A DNA stretch of 64,000 bases. It comes from a virus. The position numbers and the translations under genes were made by a program. Of this stretch, positions 33,350 to 43,239 are shown piece by piece. The notes beneath the pieces were generated by a model that had not been told where the DNA came from, ran no database searches, and saw nothing but the letters and a program-made list of their open reading frames with translations. The DNA lies in the IMG/VR virus record IMGVR_UViG_3300032053_005312, positions 1-64,000 of that record; one strand, 5' to 3'. The number at the start of each line of letters is the position of its first letter. Position 1 is the stretch's first letter.

Positions 33350-33640
33350 ATGACAGAAGACCCTCGCAATGTTGGATGGGTGTGTCCCGACCATACGCCT
33401 AAGCCTGACCCGCAGTATTTCAACAATCCCTTTGAATGGTTTGTCGGAAAACATTGTAAATTGGGTTTTCCAACGGGTCGCACCGAGGCTCCATTCACTG
33501 AGTTCATGTGGGTTTATGTCACTGGTCAAGAGGAAGACTTCCTGGTTGGCAGGCTAAACAACGATCCTTTATTTGTCGAAGAATACACGGATGGTGATGG
33601 CGTTGCTTTTGAGCGTCATGAAATCTGTGCTGTTGAATAG
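33350..33640 (+). CDS. DUF2314-like protein
   Basis: EFMWVYV..GRLNNDP. Confidence 0.6.
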   Translation: MTEDPRNVGWVCPDHTPKPDPQYFNNPFEWFVGKHCKLGFPTGRTEAPFTEFMWVYVTGQEEDFLVGRLNNDPLFVEEYTDGDGVAFERHEICAVE

Positions 33641-33648
33641 GACTGTTT

Positions 33649-34239
33649 ATGACTGCAATACTTGACTTTTACCGTGATGAGGCCGCTTGGGATAAAACCA
33701 AGGTGCCTAACCCTAGCGGCTACACACATTTTGACATTGTGCGGAATTGGTCGGACGCACAATGGGAAGTCGCACACGATTTCATTCAGTGGGTCTTTCC
33801 ACTCAAGGAAGAATCAGTATTTAATCCAGATGCTCCATTGTTGATTGACGAAGACATAGCGATCTTTCGGGCCGATGACGAATTGAAGCAAGCCTTGTTT
33901 CTTTCGTTTCATCGGTTCCTTCGTTTTTTGGGCCTTCGTTGTCGATACGATCAACCAACTAACAAATGGATCATAACTCCTGTAGCAGCCAATGAAAGTG
34001 GCATCGGTGACGAGTTCTTGACCAAAGCGGAAATTGAAAAGAAACAACAGGTATGGTCATATCCGAACCATAATTGGTTGAGGGTCACACGTTGCCTGCA
34101 CAGCTTGCGTCTCCTGGGCCTGGAGTATGCTGCTGATTCCTTTTTTGATTCACTGTGTAAGTTGTATGACGAGAACCGAGGCATCACGCCAGATACATTC
34201 AGGTATTGGCAAGATGCCGCACAAGGAGGATTAGAATGA
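33649..34239 (+). CDS. OGFr N-terminal-domain protein
   Basis: HDFIQWVFP..FNPDAP..HNWLRVTRCL.SL. Confidence 0.8.
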   Translation: MTAILDFYRDEAAWDKTKVPNPSGYTHFDIVRNWSDAQWEVAHDFIQWVFPLKEESVFNPDAPLLIDEDIAIFRADDELKQALFLSFHRFLRFLGLRCRYDQPTNKWIITPVAANESGIGDEFLTKAEIEKKQQVWSYPNHNWLRVTRCLHSLRLLGLEYAADSFFDSLCKLYDENRGITPDTFRYWQDAAQGGLE

Positions 34240-34266
34240 CCTGCCAGAGCCACCGAGGTACTAAAC

Positions 34267-34812
34267 GTGCGAAGGTTAAATGACAGTCTGAAGTTCAATG
34301 AGGGTGAAGAACCTGAAAACGACATGCCGCACATTCACTACGCCACTGACGGCAAGGGCCGTTGGTGGAAGACTGAATACAAGCGGCAATGCCCTGAAGG
34401 CGTCTTCATGCGTGGTCGTTGTCAAGGCGTCGAAGGTCATTTGGGAGTTCACTGGAGCTTTAACGCTCAAGGTGGCTTCTGTTATGACGACAATGATAAT
34501 GACCCCAGCGAAGGTGGATGTTCTGGCAGTATCCCGCCAGACCACAAGAGCTATCGAACGCCATTGGAAATGTCGAGCCATTATCACATGAGTCACAGCA
34601 CTCATGCTGAAGTGGTTGATCCCGCTGAGATTGCTCGGTTGGAGGCCGACGACGTTGACGAAGGCGAATCAGTAAGTCGTCCGCTCGATATGTCAAAACT
34701 TTCTCCTGAATATGCTGCCGAGTTGCGGCGACGTTCAGAAGAATACAAAGAAAACAAACCCAAGAAGCCTTGGTGGGCATTCTGGCGTTCTGAAAAAACA
34801 AAGATCGACTAA
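34267..34812 (+). CDS. Hypothetical protein
   Basis: ORF ending KKPWWAFW. Confidence 0.5.
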   Translation: MRRLNDSLKFNEGEEPENDMPHIHYATDGKGRWWKTEYKRQCPEGVFMRGRCQGVEGHLGVHWSFNAQGGFCYDDNDNDPSEGGCSGSIPPDHKSYRTPLEMSSHYHMSHSTHAEVVDPAEIARLEADDVDEGESVSRPLDMSKLSPEYAAELRRRSEEYKENKPKKPWWAFWRSEKTKID

Positions 34813-34835
34813 CCGCCCTCAGAGAAAAGAACACA

Positions 34836-35288
34836 ATGTTTGACTTCTTCAAGAATACGTTCTTGAACCGTGGCCGATACAAGACGCACTCCGAGGCAGT
34901 CGTTGTGTCGTGCTTTTACAATCCTCAGAACAGCCCATACCGACTTCTGGCTTTCCAGAAGTGGTATCACAGCATCAAGCACTTGAACTATCGCATTATT
35001 GAGTGTTTGATGGGGCCTGATGCTAAGTCTCAACTCCCGGATGATCCCAATATCATCCAGGTGCAAACTGACTCTGTTCTATGGCACAAAGAGTCGCTAT
35101 TGAACAAGGTTATTGCAGAGCTTCCCGAAAAGTTCAAGTATGTCTTTTGGGTGGACGCCGACGTGTTGTTCACCAACGACAACTGGCTGGTCGATTCGGT
35201 GAAGGAACTCGAACGTGGTGCCAACATCTGGCTTCTACGAAGACATGGGTTCCGACATCATTTATATGTTCGGTCAGCCTCAATATGA
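34836..35288 (+). pseudogene. Truncated glycosyltransferase-like protein
   Basis: LWHKESLLN..FWVDADVLF.N..W, then the sequence degenerates. Confidence 0.5.
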
Positions 35289-35415
35289 ATTCCAAGTCGA
35301 TATTGAGGGCCATGAAGAACTTGATTGTGAATCGTGTTAGTCGAACAATGTCACTACGAACAACGACATTGAATGGTGTCGATCCATTCTTTCACCGTGG
35401 TTATGGAACCGAAAA

Positions 35416-35832
35416 ATGAAGACGGTAATTGAACAACTGGCCGATTTCATTAAGAACTCCGAGGACAGCCACACGAACAACTTGTGGTTGCAGGACGATA
35501 TAATGAAGGTATACGTCCGCAAAGGGCGGCACATGGTATATCCAGGTAAGCTCTCTACGACTCTGGATATTGCCGCCGTCGAAGTGGATGAAGACAAGCA
35601 AAGTCAGGGACATTGGACGGCTTTTCTCGATAAGGCCCACGAGATGAATCCGTGGGAGGCAACATATGTCGAGAATACGTTGAATCCTATTCTTGCTACA
35701 TCCCTCATTCGACATGGGTGGATGCCGGTTCCGGGTGCGTATCCAGAATCCTTCTTCATGCCGAAAGATTCGGCAAAGTATTTCGAGCAGCAGTTTTTAC
35801 AACAAAAGTTTTCCAGAAGAAATGCCTACTGA
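35416..35832 (+). CDS. Hypothetical protein (GNAT-like)
   Basis: VYVRK..LDIAAVEV..QSQG..YVENTLNP.L. Confidence 0.55.
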   Translation: MKTVIEQLADFIKNSEDSHTNNLWLQDDIMKVYVRKGRHMVYPGKLSTTLDIAAVEVDEDKQSQGHWTAFLDKAHEMNPWEATYVENTLNPILATSLIRHGWMPVPGAYPESFFMPKDSAKYFEQQFLQQKFSRRNAY

Positions 35833-36121
35833 AACAGCAACGTGCATGGGTTGTTTTGTGAATAACCCAAGAATATGGGATAATCAACATTTGGAGTCCT
35901 TGCGGACCAATCCGACAACCTTCAGTGCGATTGGCTTGACCGCCGATGAGAAATTGTGTCTCAAGCATTTGGCCGATGCGTGGAATTTGTTCGTCAATAT
36001 GGCCGCAAAGCATCCAGACGACGACAGTGAATTCCATACGGCAATACATGACGCACAAAAAATGATCGCTCTGCGGGTTGCTCGTCGAGTGGACACAGAC
36101 GTATGGAAGCAGCCAGAATGA
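35822..36121 (+). CDS. Hypothetical protein
   Basis: ORF in gene array. Confidence 0.5.
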   Translation: MPTETATCMGCFVNNPRIWDNQHLESLRTNPTTFSAIGLTADEKLCLKHLADAWNLFVNMAAKHPDDDSEFHTAIHDAQKMIALRVARRVDTDVWKQPE

Positions 36122-36609
36122 AAGTAATATCCGGTGGGCAAACTGGAAGTGATGAAGCTGGTCTTCGAGCGGCGAAAGCGTGCGGTTTTGAAACTGGAGG
36201 ATGGTTGCCCCAAGGCTGTAAAACTCTTGATGGGACACGACCAGACCTATTGACAGAATACGGCATGAAAGAGCATAGTAGTTCTCTCTACCCGCCCAGG
36301 ACTGAGGCAAATGTCAAGGACAGTTGTGGCACCATAAGATTTGCTAGGACATTCTCTTCAGCCGGGGAAAAGTGTACTCTCCGTGCGATCAAGTGGTTTA
36401 ATCGTCCGTATTTGAACGTGGATATAAATAAGCCGATAGATAAACAGGAAGTATTGTCTTGGCTTAAAGAGCATGATATAAAGATTCTCAACATTGCTGG
36501 GAATTCTGAGGAAACCGCTCCCGGCATTGGCGATTTCGTCTTTAAGTATCTCATGGGTGTCTTTTCCGACGTAAAAAACGGGCTTGACAACATGACCCAT
36601 GCGGAGTAA
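36118..36609 (+). CDS. SLOG-family (circularly permuted YpsA / MoCo-carrier-like) protein
   Basis: ISGGQTGSD..GGWLPQG..RTEANV.DS.GT..LNIAG. Confidence 0.85.
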   Translation: MKVISGGQTGSDEAGLRAAKACGFETGGWLPQGCKTLDGTRPDLLTEYGMKEHSSSLYPPRTEANVKDSCGTIRFARTFSSAGEKCTLRAIKWFNRPYLNVDINKPIDKQEVLSWLKEHDIKILNIAGNSEETAPGIGDFVFKYLMGVFSDVKNGLDNMTHAE

Positions 36610-36657
36610 AAACTGATGTTGGACAAATTTACGACCCCTATCCAAAAGGAAGACCCG

Positions 36658-36918
36658 ATGGCTGCAACTGCAACGACCCAGACCCAAATCCAAACTCAGT
36701 CTCAAAATGCTTGTCCCGTTCAGGGTGCAGTTGAGCAACTGAGCGCCACATCCGAAACTTGTGAAGGCACGGGATGCTGCGAGAACACTCTTTGCCAGGA
36801 GTCCCTCCGAGAGCGGGCTTATTTGCTGTGGGAGAAGGCTGGTTCCCCAATCGGCGATGGCGTGGATTTCTGGATCACCGCCGAGCAAGAACTGTTGGCC
36901 GATGCCACCGCTGAATAA
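36658..36918 (+). CDS. DUF2934-domain protein
   Basis: RERAYLLWEKAG.P.GDG..FW..AEQEL. Confidence 0.75.
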   Translation: MAATATTQTQIQTQSQNACPVQGAVEQLSATSETCEGTGCCENTLCQESLRERAYLLWEKAGSPIGDGVDFWITAEQELLADATAE

Positions 36919-36947
36919 ACCGGCCTGCCTTGATGGTTTGCTTCATA

Positions 36948-36987
36948 AACGCCACAACCACTGACAAAAATCAGTGGTTGTGGCGTT
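36948..36987. terminator. Perfect 17-bp hairpin
   Basis: AACGCCACAACCACTGA-CAAAAA-TCAGTGGTTGTGGCGTT. Confidence 0.6.
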
Positions 36988-37109
36988 AGTACGGTTGTGT
37001 CAGGTCACGATCCAGAACTGCTGGCTTATGTCCTCAGTGTCACAGCAAAAGGCGTGCTGGTTTTTCACGATCACGATGAGGAATTTTTTCCGTGGTCGCT
37101 ACATAGGGC

Positions 37110-37457
37110 ATGGGCAAGAATGATACTTTGGTTGAAGGACTTCACTATTACATTGACGGAAAAGGCAAGTGGGTATTTACCTCTTACTTTTTGCTCAATC
37201 GTGGGTATTGTTGTCACAACGGTTGTCTTAACTGTCCATATGGTGCTAACATGAAAATCGAACCGGGCCAATATATCTGGAGATCGAAAGACACAGACTT
37301 TCCAGTAACGGTTATTGAGTCCATTGGCAAAGGCCCGGACGGGCGATTCTATGTAAAGATCGCTGATAGCAACACATCCGTTCCAGCCGATGAACTCATA
37401 AAGGTTCCGAATGTGGCGCAAGCATCACGACGACCCCAATCGAAAAGACTATTTTGA
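37110..37457 (+). CDS. DUF5522-like Cys-rich protein with C-terminal extension
   Basis: YY..G.WVFT..FLLNRGYCCHNGCLNCPY. Confidence 0.65.
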   Translation: MGKNDTLVEGLHYYIDGKGKWVFTSYFLLNRGYCCHNGCLNCPYGANMKIEPGQYIWRSKDTDFPVTVIESIGKGPDGRFYVKIADSNTSVPADELIKVPNVAQASRRPQSKRLF

Positions 37458-37522
37458 TGATTTGGTGATTGGTGGTTTACTTATTGTTGTCCTTATTCTG
37501 CTGGGGTTTATGTCCTTTCATG

Positions 37523-37574
<52 letters not shown>

Positions 37575-37611
37575 AATCCATCACATTCATCCGATGTAGG
37601 ATATATAAAGC

Positions 37612-38028
37612 ATGAAAAGGATATGCACATTTAATGAATTCATGGTCTTGAAGGAAGATGATCGGCGAACTGGTAGCAAAACAGGGCTATATCCTCTAGG
37701 ATATGGTGGAATTGGGTTATACCCCGATGCAGACATGATGACTCATTCTGCTGATGCGATCCTTTATGTCACAATAGACAACCGATTGTTCAAGAACGGA
37801 GATTCAGCCCCATTCAGCATTGCTCACTTGCCCGGCCACAAGCAATATGGCGACATGGCGAATTCAGGCGAGAATGAACCATATGACATTCGCCATCTTC
37901 CTGGCGATGTTGTTCCCCACAAGGACAGCCCATTGGGTGGCAAGTCCATACCGTTCAAGAGTTTTGTAAAGTTGGTAGAAAAGCCAAAAGAAATTTCCCC
38001 GCCCGATTCCCCGAACCTTCCCAGGTAG
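37612..38028 (+). CDS. Hypothetical protein
   Basis: ORF. Confidence 0.55.
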   Translation: MKRICTFNEFMVLKEDDRRTGSKTGLYPLGYGGIGLYPDADMMTHSADAILYVTIDNRLFKNGDSAPFSIAHLPGHKQYGDMANSGENEPYDIRHLPGDVVPHKDSPLGGKSIPFKSFVKLVEKPKEISPPDSPNLPR

Positions 38029-38041
38029 TTAGGGTCTTGTC

Positions 38042-38413
38042 ATGAAGCGTAATCCGATTGCCAACTATTGTAAACAACAAGTAGAGGGCTGGGACAAGCT
38101 GCCTGAGTTCATGAACTTCGCCCCTCTTGGGGAAGAGGACTTTTGTTGCAGTTTTCTTCGTCGTGCTGACGGGATTCAAATGTTGGCGTCAGTGAAAGAC
38201 CTAAACTCCCTCAATACCATCCACATCTCTTTGGCTCCGATTCGAGATTGCCGCAAAGACTGGACTGATGAAGAACATAGTGGACACATATTCGATGTGG
38301 CGTTTGAAGTAGTCGAGTCGTTTTTCCCCGGTCGAAGGTTTGCACGACAGCCCGATGATCTCCGCAGACCCCAAGTGAAGCATTACTTCGCCATTCTGGA
38401 GGCCAATGAATGA
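38042..38413 (+). CDS. Hypothetical protein
   Basis: ATGA overlap with metG. Confidence 0.55.
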   Translation: MKRNPIANYCKQQVEGWDKLPEFMNFAPLGEEDFCCSFLRRADGIQMLASVKDLNSLNTIHISLAPIRDCRKDWTDEEHSGHIFDVAFEVVESFFPGRRFARQPDDLRRPQVKHYFAILEANE

Positions 38414-40056
38414 ACGAGTTCCACATTTCAGAAAAAGACAACAACACCACGTTCGTCACCACGGCGATTGATTATCCGAATGCTATGCCGCATATTGGTA
38501 CAGCTTTCGAGAAGATCGGTGCAGACGTGTACGCCCGGTTCCGTCGATTCCAGGGTCGTGATGTATATTTCACGATGGGCAATGACGAGAACACGGTGAA
38601 AGTGCTTAAAGCGGCGAAGGCTGTGGACAAGCATCCTCAGCCATATGTCGATGAAATGGCCGAAGCGTTTAAGGCTGTGTGGAAAGAACTCAATATTTCC
38701 TTTGACGATTTCATTCAGACCAGCGAAGATCGGCATCTGTTGGGCGTTCAGAGATTTCTGCGTGCTGTTAATGCTGCTGGATATATCGAGAAGCGACCAT
38801 ACAAGGCTCTCTATTGTGAGGGCTGTGAAGAGTTCAAGAGTCCAAATAGCTTGGACCATGCAAAGCGATGCCCGAACCATACTGGCACACCGTTGGTGGA
38901 GCGGGAGGAAGAGAATTACTTCTTTCTTCTATCTGCATTCAAGCAGCGTGTGGCTGATTTGATTTATCCTACTCCATTCCTCACTGCTTTCCTGAGTATC
39001 GAGCCAGAGTCTCGTTACAACGAAGTCACCAAGTTCATCAACACGGAACTGACGGATATTTCCATCAGTCGCCGCAATGAAGGCTGGGGCATTCCAATTC
39101 CTTGGGATGATACACAGGCCACCTATGTCTGGTTCGACGCTTTGTTGAACTATTTGACCGTGATTGGTTTCGGGAACGATTGGGAGAAATTCCAAAAGTA
39201 TTGGCCTGCTGAAGTTCACTTCATCGGCAAGGACATTACTCGGTTCCACTGTGCATTGTTCCCGGCAATGTGCATGGCATACAACGAAGGCTGTGATAAG
39301 TTGGGTGAACCTCAATACAAGTTGAAGGCTTTCCCTCAGCGTGTATTCGCCCACGGATTCGTGAATCAAAAGAAGGGAAGTCAGGTTGTCAAGATTTCCA
39401 AGAGCGGAGATTCAATCCAACCTGGAGAACTGATTGAGCAGTTCGGGTCGGATGCGTATAGATATTACTTCTTGTCGAAGTTCAACTACGATACGGACGG
39501 CGAATATAGCCTGGACCACTTCAGAGAAGTGTATAACGCTGACCTCGCCAACTCTTTGGGCAACCTCGTGAGTCGTACTGTAGGAATGTCGATGCAGTAT
39601 TTCGACGGGAAGATTCCACCGATGGCCGCAGAAGGCCAGACTTGGCTTGATGAGAAGACGGCGTTGGAATACGAGCAATTTATTGTGGATTGTTGTTCGT
39701 ATCGGCACGCTCTTGAATTGACGTGGAAGATCATCTTCAACGCCAACAAGCTGATCGAGGATTCCAAGCCGTGGGAGTTGGTTAAGTTGCCCGGCAACAC
39801 CTGCGGTCAGGTGTTGGGCCAACTTGTGGGCAGTCTGAGAATCATCAGTCTGTTGATCCGACCGTTCACTCCAGCGGTGGCCGAGAAGATTTACACGACG
39901 TTCCAGTGGGCTGAAGGTTGGAATGAACTCGATTGGGAGTTCGTCAAGAAGTTGTCTGAAAACAACTTCCTGGGACTCGAAAACGGTATTGCCATCAATA
40001 GGAATGTTTTAGATAATGCCGGAAAGTTTCCAGTGTTGTTTCCGAGGGCCAAATGA
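38410..40056 (+). CDS. metG: Methionyl-tRNA synthetase
   Basis: TTAIDYPN..HIGT; YVWFDALLNY; IGKDITRFH; KISKS; LANSLGNLVSR. Confidence 0.93.
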   Translation: MNEFHISEKDNNTTFVTTAIDYPNAMPHIGTAFEKIGADVYARFRRFQGRDVYFTMGNDENTVKVLKAAKAVDKHPQPYVDEMAEAFKAVWKELNISFDDFIQTSEDRHLLGVQRFLRAVNAAGYIEKRPYKALYCEGCEEFKSPNSLDHAKRCPNHTGTPLVEREEENYFFLLSAFKQRVADLIYPTPFLTAFLSIEPESRYNEVTKFINTELTDISISRRNEGWGIPIPWDDTQATYVWFDALLNYLTVIGFGNDWEKFQKYWPAEVHFIGKDITRFHCALFPAMCMAYNEGCDKLGEPQYKLKAFPQRVFAHGFVNQKKGSQVVKISKSGDSIQPGELIEQFGSDAYRYYFLSKFNYDTDGEYSLDHFREVYNADLANSLGNLVSRTVGMSMQYFDGKIPPMAAEGQTWLDEKTALEYEQFIVDCCSYRHALELTWKIIFNANKLIEDSKPWELVKLPGNTCGQVLGQLVGSLRIISLLIRPFTPAVAEKIYTTFQWAEGWNELDWEFVKKLSENNFLGLENGIAINRNVLDNAGKFPVLFPRAK

Positions 40057-40241
40057 GCAGATTGATGTTGGTTCTAGGATTAGTCATTGGGTTTTGGGCG
40101 GGCCATTGGTTCGCCCGAACTTCATGGCATCAACGATGGTATGCTCAGTGGTATGAGGGGTTTCTCAACGGCGCTGTTGTTGCAGCAATACTGGTGGGCA
40201 TCTACTTCATTGTCATAAGAAATTGGAAACAATCTTCTTAG
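40053..40241 (+). CDS. Small membrane protein
   Basis: Two TM segments. Confidence 0.5.
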   Translation: MSRLMLVLGLVIGFWAGHWFARTSWHQRWYAQWYEGFLNGAVVAAILVGIYFIVIRNWKQSS

Positions 40242-40316
40242 GGGTTGCACGGTGAGTCCAATCGGTAAGGCGCAAGTCGCTCCGATTAACTGAGGGTTCG
40301 ATTCCCTCCAACTCCA
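40241..40316 (+). ncRNA. Ala-acceptor mini RNA resembling the tmRNA tRNA-like domain
   Basis: GGGGTTG/CAACTCC-A with G3:U70; no D stem; AATCGG/CCGATT helix; GAGGG-TTCGATT-CCCTC. Confidence 0.7.
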
Positions 40317-40318
40317 CT

Positions 40319-40603
40319 ATGAATGAAAAACCAGCCGATGGCGTCCGAGGCTTCTTTCTCTACAGTCCGTTTTCGCATCGACACTTCTTCCGTGTTTACG
40401 GAGAAGTCGATCCGACGACGGGCCATAAGACGTTCACCGATTACAAGGTGTGCGCCGAAGATATAGAAGTCACGATTGAAGCGAATGGGTTGTCCCTGTA
40501 TGAAGGGGACGAAGATAAAAACCGCCTTGATTGGTCCAGCCGTGTCTTAGGAAGAGATGGCAAAGACCACTTGGATGTGCGAACACCAAAAAAGGAACAG
40601 TAA
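40319..40603 (+). CDS. Hypothetical protein
   Basis: ORF. Confidence 0.55.
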   Translation: MNEKPADGVRGFFLYSPFSHRHFFRVYGEVDPTTGHKTFTDYKVCAEDIEVTIEANGLSLYEGDEDKNRLDWSSRVLGRDGKDHLDVRTPKKEQ

Positions 40604-40683
40604 TGGGACGGCCCGTAGAATTTTCTTGATACGATCACTCCTTTATTGTGTCTGAAAAGATATAATGAACCAAGGAGTAAATC

Positions 40684-40896
40684 ATGGATAAAGAATACGC
40701 AAAAGCTATTTCCAACTTCGAGCAAGCGGGAGCGCACCTGGGAAACTTCGCCAACCTATTGTTCACATATCACAAATCGCTATGTGAATCCGGCTTCCAG
40801 AGAGACGAAGCATTGGAATTGGTGAGGGAACTCCAAACGACCTTATTTGCACAGGCTTTCAACTTCGGACCACAGAAGCAAGATGATGACGACTAA
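40684..40896 (+). CDS. Hypothetical protein
   Basis: RBS AAGGAG; SGFQRDEALELV. Confidence 0.6.
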   Translation: MDKEYAKAISNFEQAGAHLGNFANLLFTYHKSLCESGFQRDEALELVRELQTTLFAQAFNFGPQKQDDDD

Positions 40897-41002
40897 AGTA
40901 ATCATTGTTAAGCCAGAAAGACTTGCAGGATCGGTCGCAGAGAAATCTGGCGACCGATTTCGTTATCCATGCAGATGACTTCCTTGCGGAACTGGAGCGA
41001 AC

Positions 41003-41260
41003 ATGAGTGATTGCGAAGTGGCCCAATTCAGCAGAATGGCCATCCCTTTGATGAGGAGGATATATCCTCAGCTTATTGCCAACCAGATATACAGTGTTCA
41101 GCCATTGGCTTGCCCAACTGGTTTAGTGCATTATTTGCGATATAAATATTCTGAGAACAAAGGCAGCACCATCAATACCGATGGTTGGATCATCAAGTCC
41201 AAGAAGAAAAAGATTTGGCGTGACATCAACGATCCGTGGGAGCCTTCTAGCAATGGCTGA
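41003..41260 (+). CDS. Mini-protein matching the T4-type major capsid (gp23) Gol segment
   Basis: PLMRRIYPQLIANQIYSVQPLACPTGLVHYLRY. Confidence 0.7.
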   Translation: MSDCEVAQFSRMAIPLMRRIYPQLIANQIYSVQPLACPTGLVHYLRYKYSENKGSTINTDGWIIKSKKKKIWRDINDPWEPSSNG

Positions 41261-41483
41261 GAATATATGGTATCGTATTCGCAAGCATCTTGGGATGTTG
41301 TCCTATGAGGAAAGTCGCATTGAATCGAGTGAGCAGGTAAAGAACTCGATCAGGGCGCAAATGATACATCCCGATGACGTTAATTGGTCTGATGGAATCA
41401 AGACCGAGAATATTCCCAAAAAAGATAAACTGCGGCCCAGGTCGATTCTCGAAGATTGGGGAGTAACCCAAGATTCGGGCTGA
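41253..41483 (+). CDS. Hypothetical protein
   Basis: ORF; RSILEDW tail. Confidence 0.5.
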   Translation: MAENIWYRIRKHLGMLSYEESRIESSEQVKNSIRAQMIHPDDVNWSDGIKTENIPKKDKLRPRSILEDWGVTQDSG

Positions 41484-41527
41484 ACCTTTTGGCAGCGGCG
41501 ATCTCTAGTAGTGTAAGGAGAAACATC

Positions 41528-41932
41528 ATGGCAGTAAAGCAAGTTATCGTTTGGCGACACGATTTAGGTTGTCGAGTTGGCAAGAAGATGTCGCAAGCGG
41601 GTCATGCTGCTTTGGCCGACTTGTCGAACACGATTCGTGACAATGTTGATGCCGAAGGTAATGTATCGTTCAAGCTGTCGCCTGCACAGTTTGAGTGGTA
41701 TTTGACGAACTTCCGTAAGATCGTTCTCCGTGTTGACAGTGAGGCCGACCTGTTGCTTCTGTACCATCTGGCGCAGGAAGTGGGGTTGCCGACTGAACTC
41801 ATCATCGACAGTGGTTTGACGGAATGGGATCAGCCCACAAAGACTTGCATCGCTATCGGGCCAGCAGAAGATGCCGAGATTGACGAGATCACTGGTGAGC
41901 GTGGCCCTTTGGGAAGATTGAAGTTGATGTGA
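41528..41932 (+). CDS. pth2: Peptidyl-tRNA hydrolase Pth2
   Basis: KQVIV.R.DL..GK..SQAGHA; KIVL; IDSGLTE..T.TCIAIGP. Confidence 0.9.
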   Translation: MAVKQVIVWRHDLGCRVGKKMSQAGHAALADLSNTIRDNVDAEGNVSFKLSPAQFEWYLTNFRKIVLRVDSEADLLLLYHLAQEVGLPTELIIDSGLTEWDQPTKTCIAIGPAEDAEIDEITGERGPLGRLKLM

Positions 41933-41974
41933 CCTTTACTGATTGGTGGTTTTTGTGGTGTATAATACAATACC

Positions 41975-42484
41975 ATGATTGCAACCATCATAATTGCCGC
42001 AGCAACTTTTTTCACCCTGATGGCCTTGACGTATTGCTGTCTACGTTTATGGTCGGCACGGAATGCTTTACAACATAAACTTTCCGTGGTAGAATCAACC
42101 GTAGCAGAGCAGCATCTTGCCCTTAGTGCATACGAGGATCGGCTGAGTAAAGTCGAGGCTGTTCAAGAAGAAGAATTGACGCAAGATCAGGCTGAATACA
42201 GAGATCAGCTACAGGCACAATACGCTGCCCTGTTCAAGCAGATCGAAGACAAAATGAAAAACGATCTGAAGACGGCGAGAACCGAAACTTCAGATTTGGT
42301 GAAGAAGAGTCGTGCGGAATTCGACAAAAAGTTGAAGGACGAGTTCAAGAAAGCCTGTGAACAGATCAAGTTTAGCGAAATCGAATACAAACGAACCATC
42401 ACCAAAAAGCGGAAAGAATTCAGTCGCAAAAATGCAAAGAACGCCAAACCTCAGAGGATATGGCGATACATAGATGAAGAGTAG
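41975..42484 (+). CDS. Membrane-anchored coiled-coil protein
   Basis: N-terminal TM segment followed by heptads. Confidence 0.55.
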   Translation: MIATIIIAAATFFTLMALTYCCLRLWSARNALQHKLSVVESTVAEQHLALSAYEDRLSKVEAVQEEELTQDQAEYRDQLQAQYAALFKQIEDKMKNDLKTARTETSDLVKKSRAEFDKKLKDEFKKACEQIKFSEIEYKRTITKKRKEFSRKNAKNAKPQRIWRYIDEE

Positions 42485-42551
42485 CCCTTTGAACGCAGAG
42501 GAAAAAATGGGTCCGTAGATACACGAAAGGAACCATCAACCGGAGGTCAGT

Positions 42552-43160
42552 ATGTCATTAGCACAGAGAAAAGTCTTAGTTTTGAACAAGTCGTGGACTG
42601 CCATTGGCGTCGTCACGTTGGAAAAGGCACTAAAGAAAGTCGCCGGAACCTACAAAGACGGTACGCCGAAGGCACGCATCATCGACGCACTTCATGACTT
42701 TGCTATGCTGACCTGGGATGATTGGGCAAAACTCCGTCCAGGGGAAGACGAGCCAGCAATGCGTTCTGTGAACGCAGTGTTTCGTATTCCTGAAGTTATC
42801 CAGTACACTCGATACGACAAGCTGCCTACACAGAAGGTCCACTACAACCGTAGGACCATCTACCGGCGTGACGGTAACGTCTGCCAGTATTGTGGAAAGC
42901 AGAAGCCGGGTAGCGAGTTGTCATTGGACCACGTTATCCCACGTTGCCAGGGTGGTTTGACCACCTGGGAAAACATTGTCGTGGCTTGTACCGACTGCAA
43001 CGCAAAGAAGGCTGGCCGGACTCCGAAAGAAGCCAATATGAGGTTGCTCTCTGTGCCTAAGAAGCCGAAGCACAACTTCTTCCCTGGTGATGTTCGGGTG
43101 AAGTCTTGGGAGCAATTCCTTGGCGAAGCGTACTGGCTCACAGAGCTAGAACATGACTAG
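42552..43160 (+). CDS. HNH endonuclease (McrA/HNH_5-like)
   Basis: VLVLN..RRD..CQYCG..LDHVIP..GG..WENIVVAC..CN.KK. Confidence 0.88.
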   Translation: MSLAQRKVLVLNKSWTAIGVVTLEKALKKVAGTYKDGTPKARIIDALHDFAMLTWDDWAKLRPGEDEPAMRSVNAVFRIPEVIQYTRYDKLPTQKVHYNRRTIYRRDGNVCQYCGKQKPGSELSLDHVIPRCQGGLTTWENIVVACTDCNAKKAGRTPKEANMRLLSVPKKPKHNFFPGDVRVKSWEQFLGEAYWLTELEHD

Positions 43161-43182
43161 CTGTCTACGGATTGCTAAACGA

Positions 43183-43222
43183 TAGCCTCTGGCGTGTGGC
43201 GACATGCGCCAGAGGCTTTTTT
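43183..43222 (+). terminator. Rho-independent terminator
   Basis: AGCCTCTGGCG../..CGCCAGAGGCT + T run. Confidence 0.7.
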
Positions 43223-43239
43223 ATTCTTCATGGTGCGAC

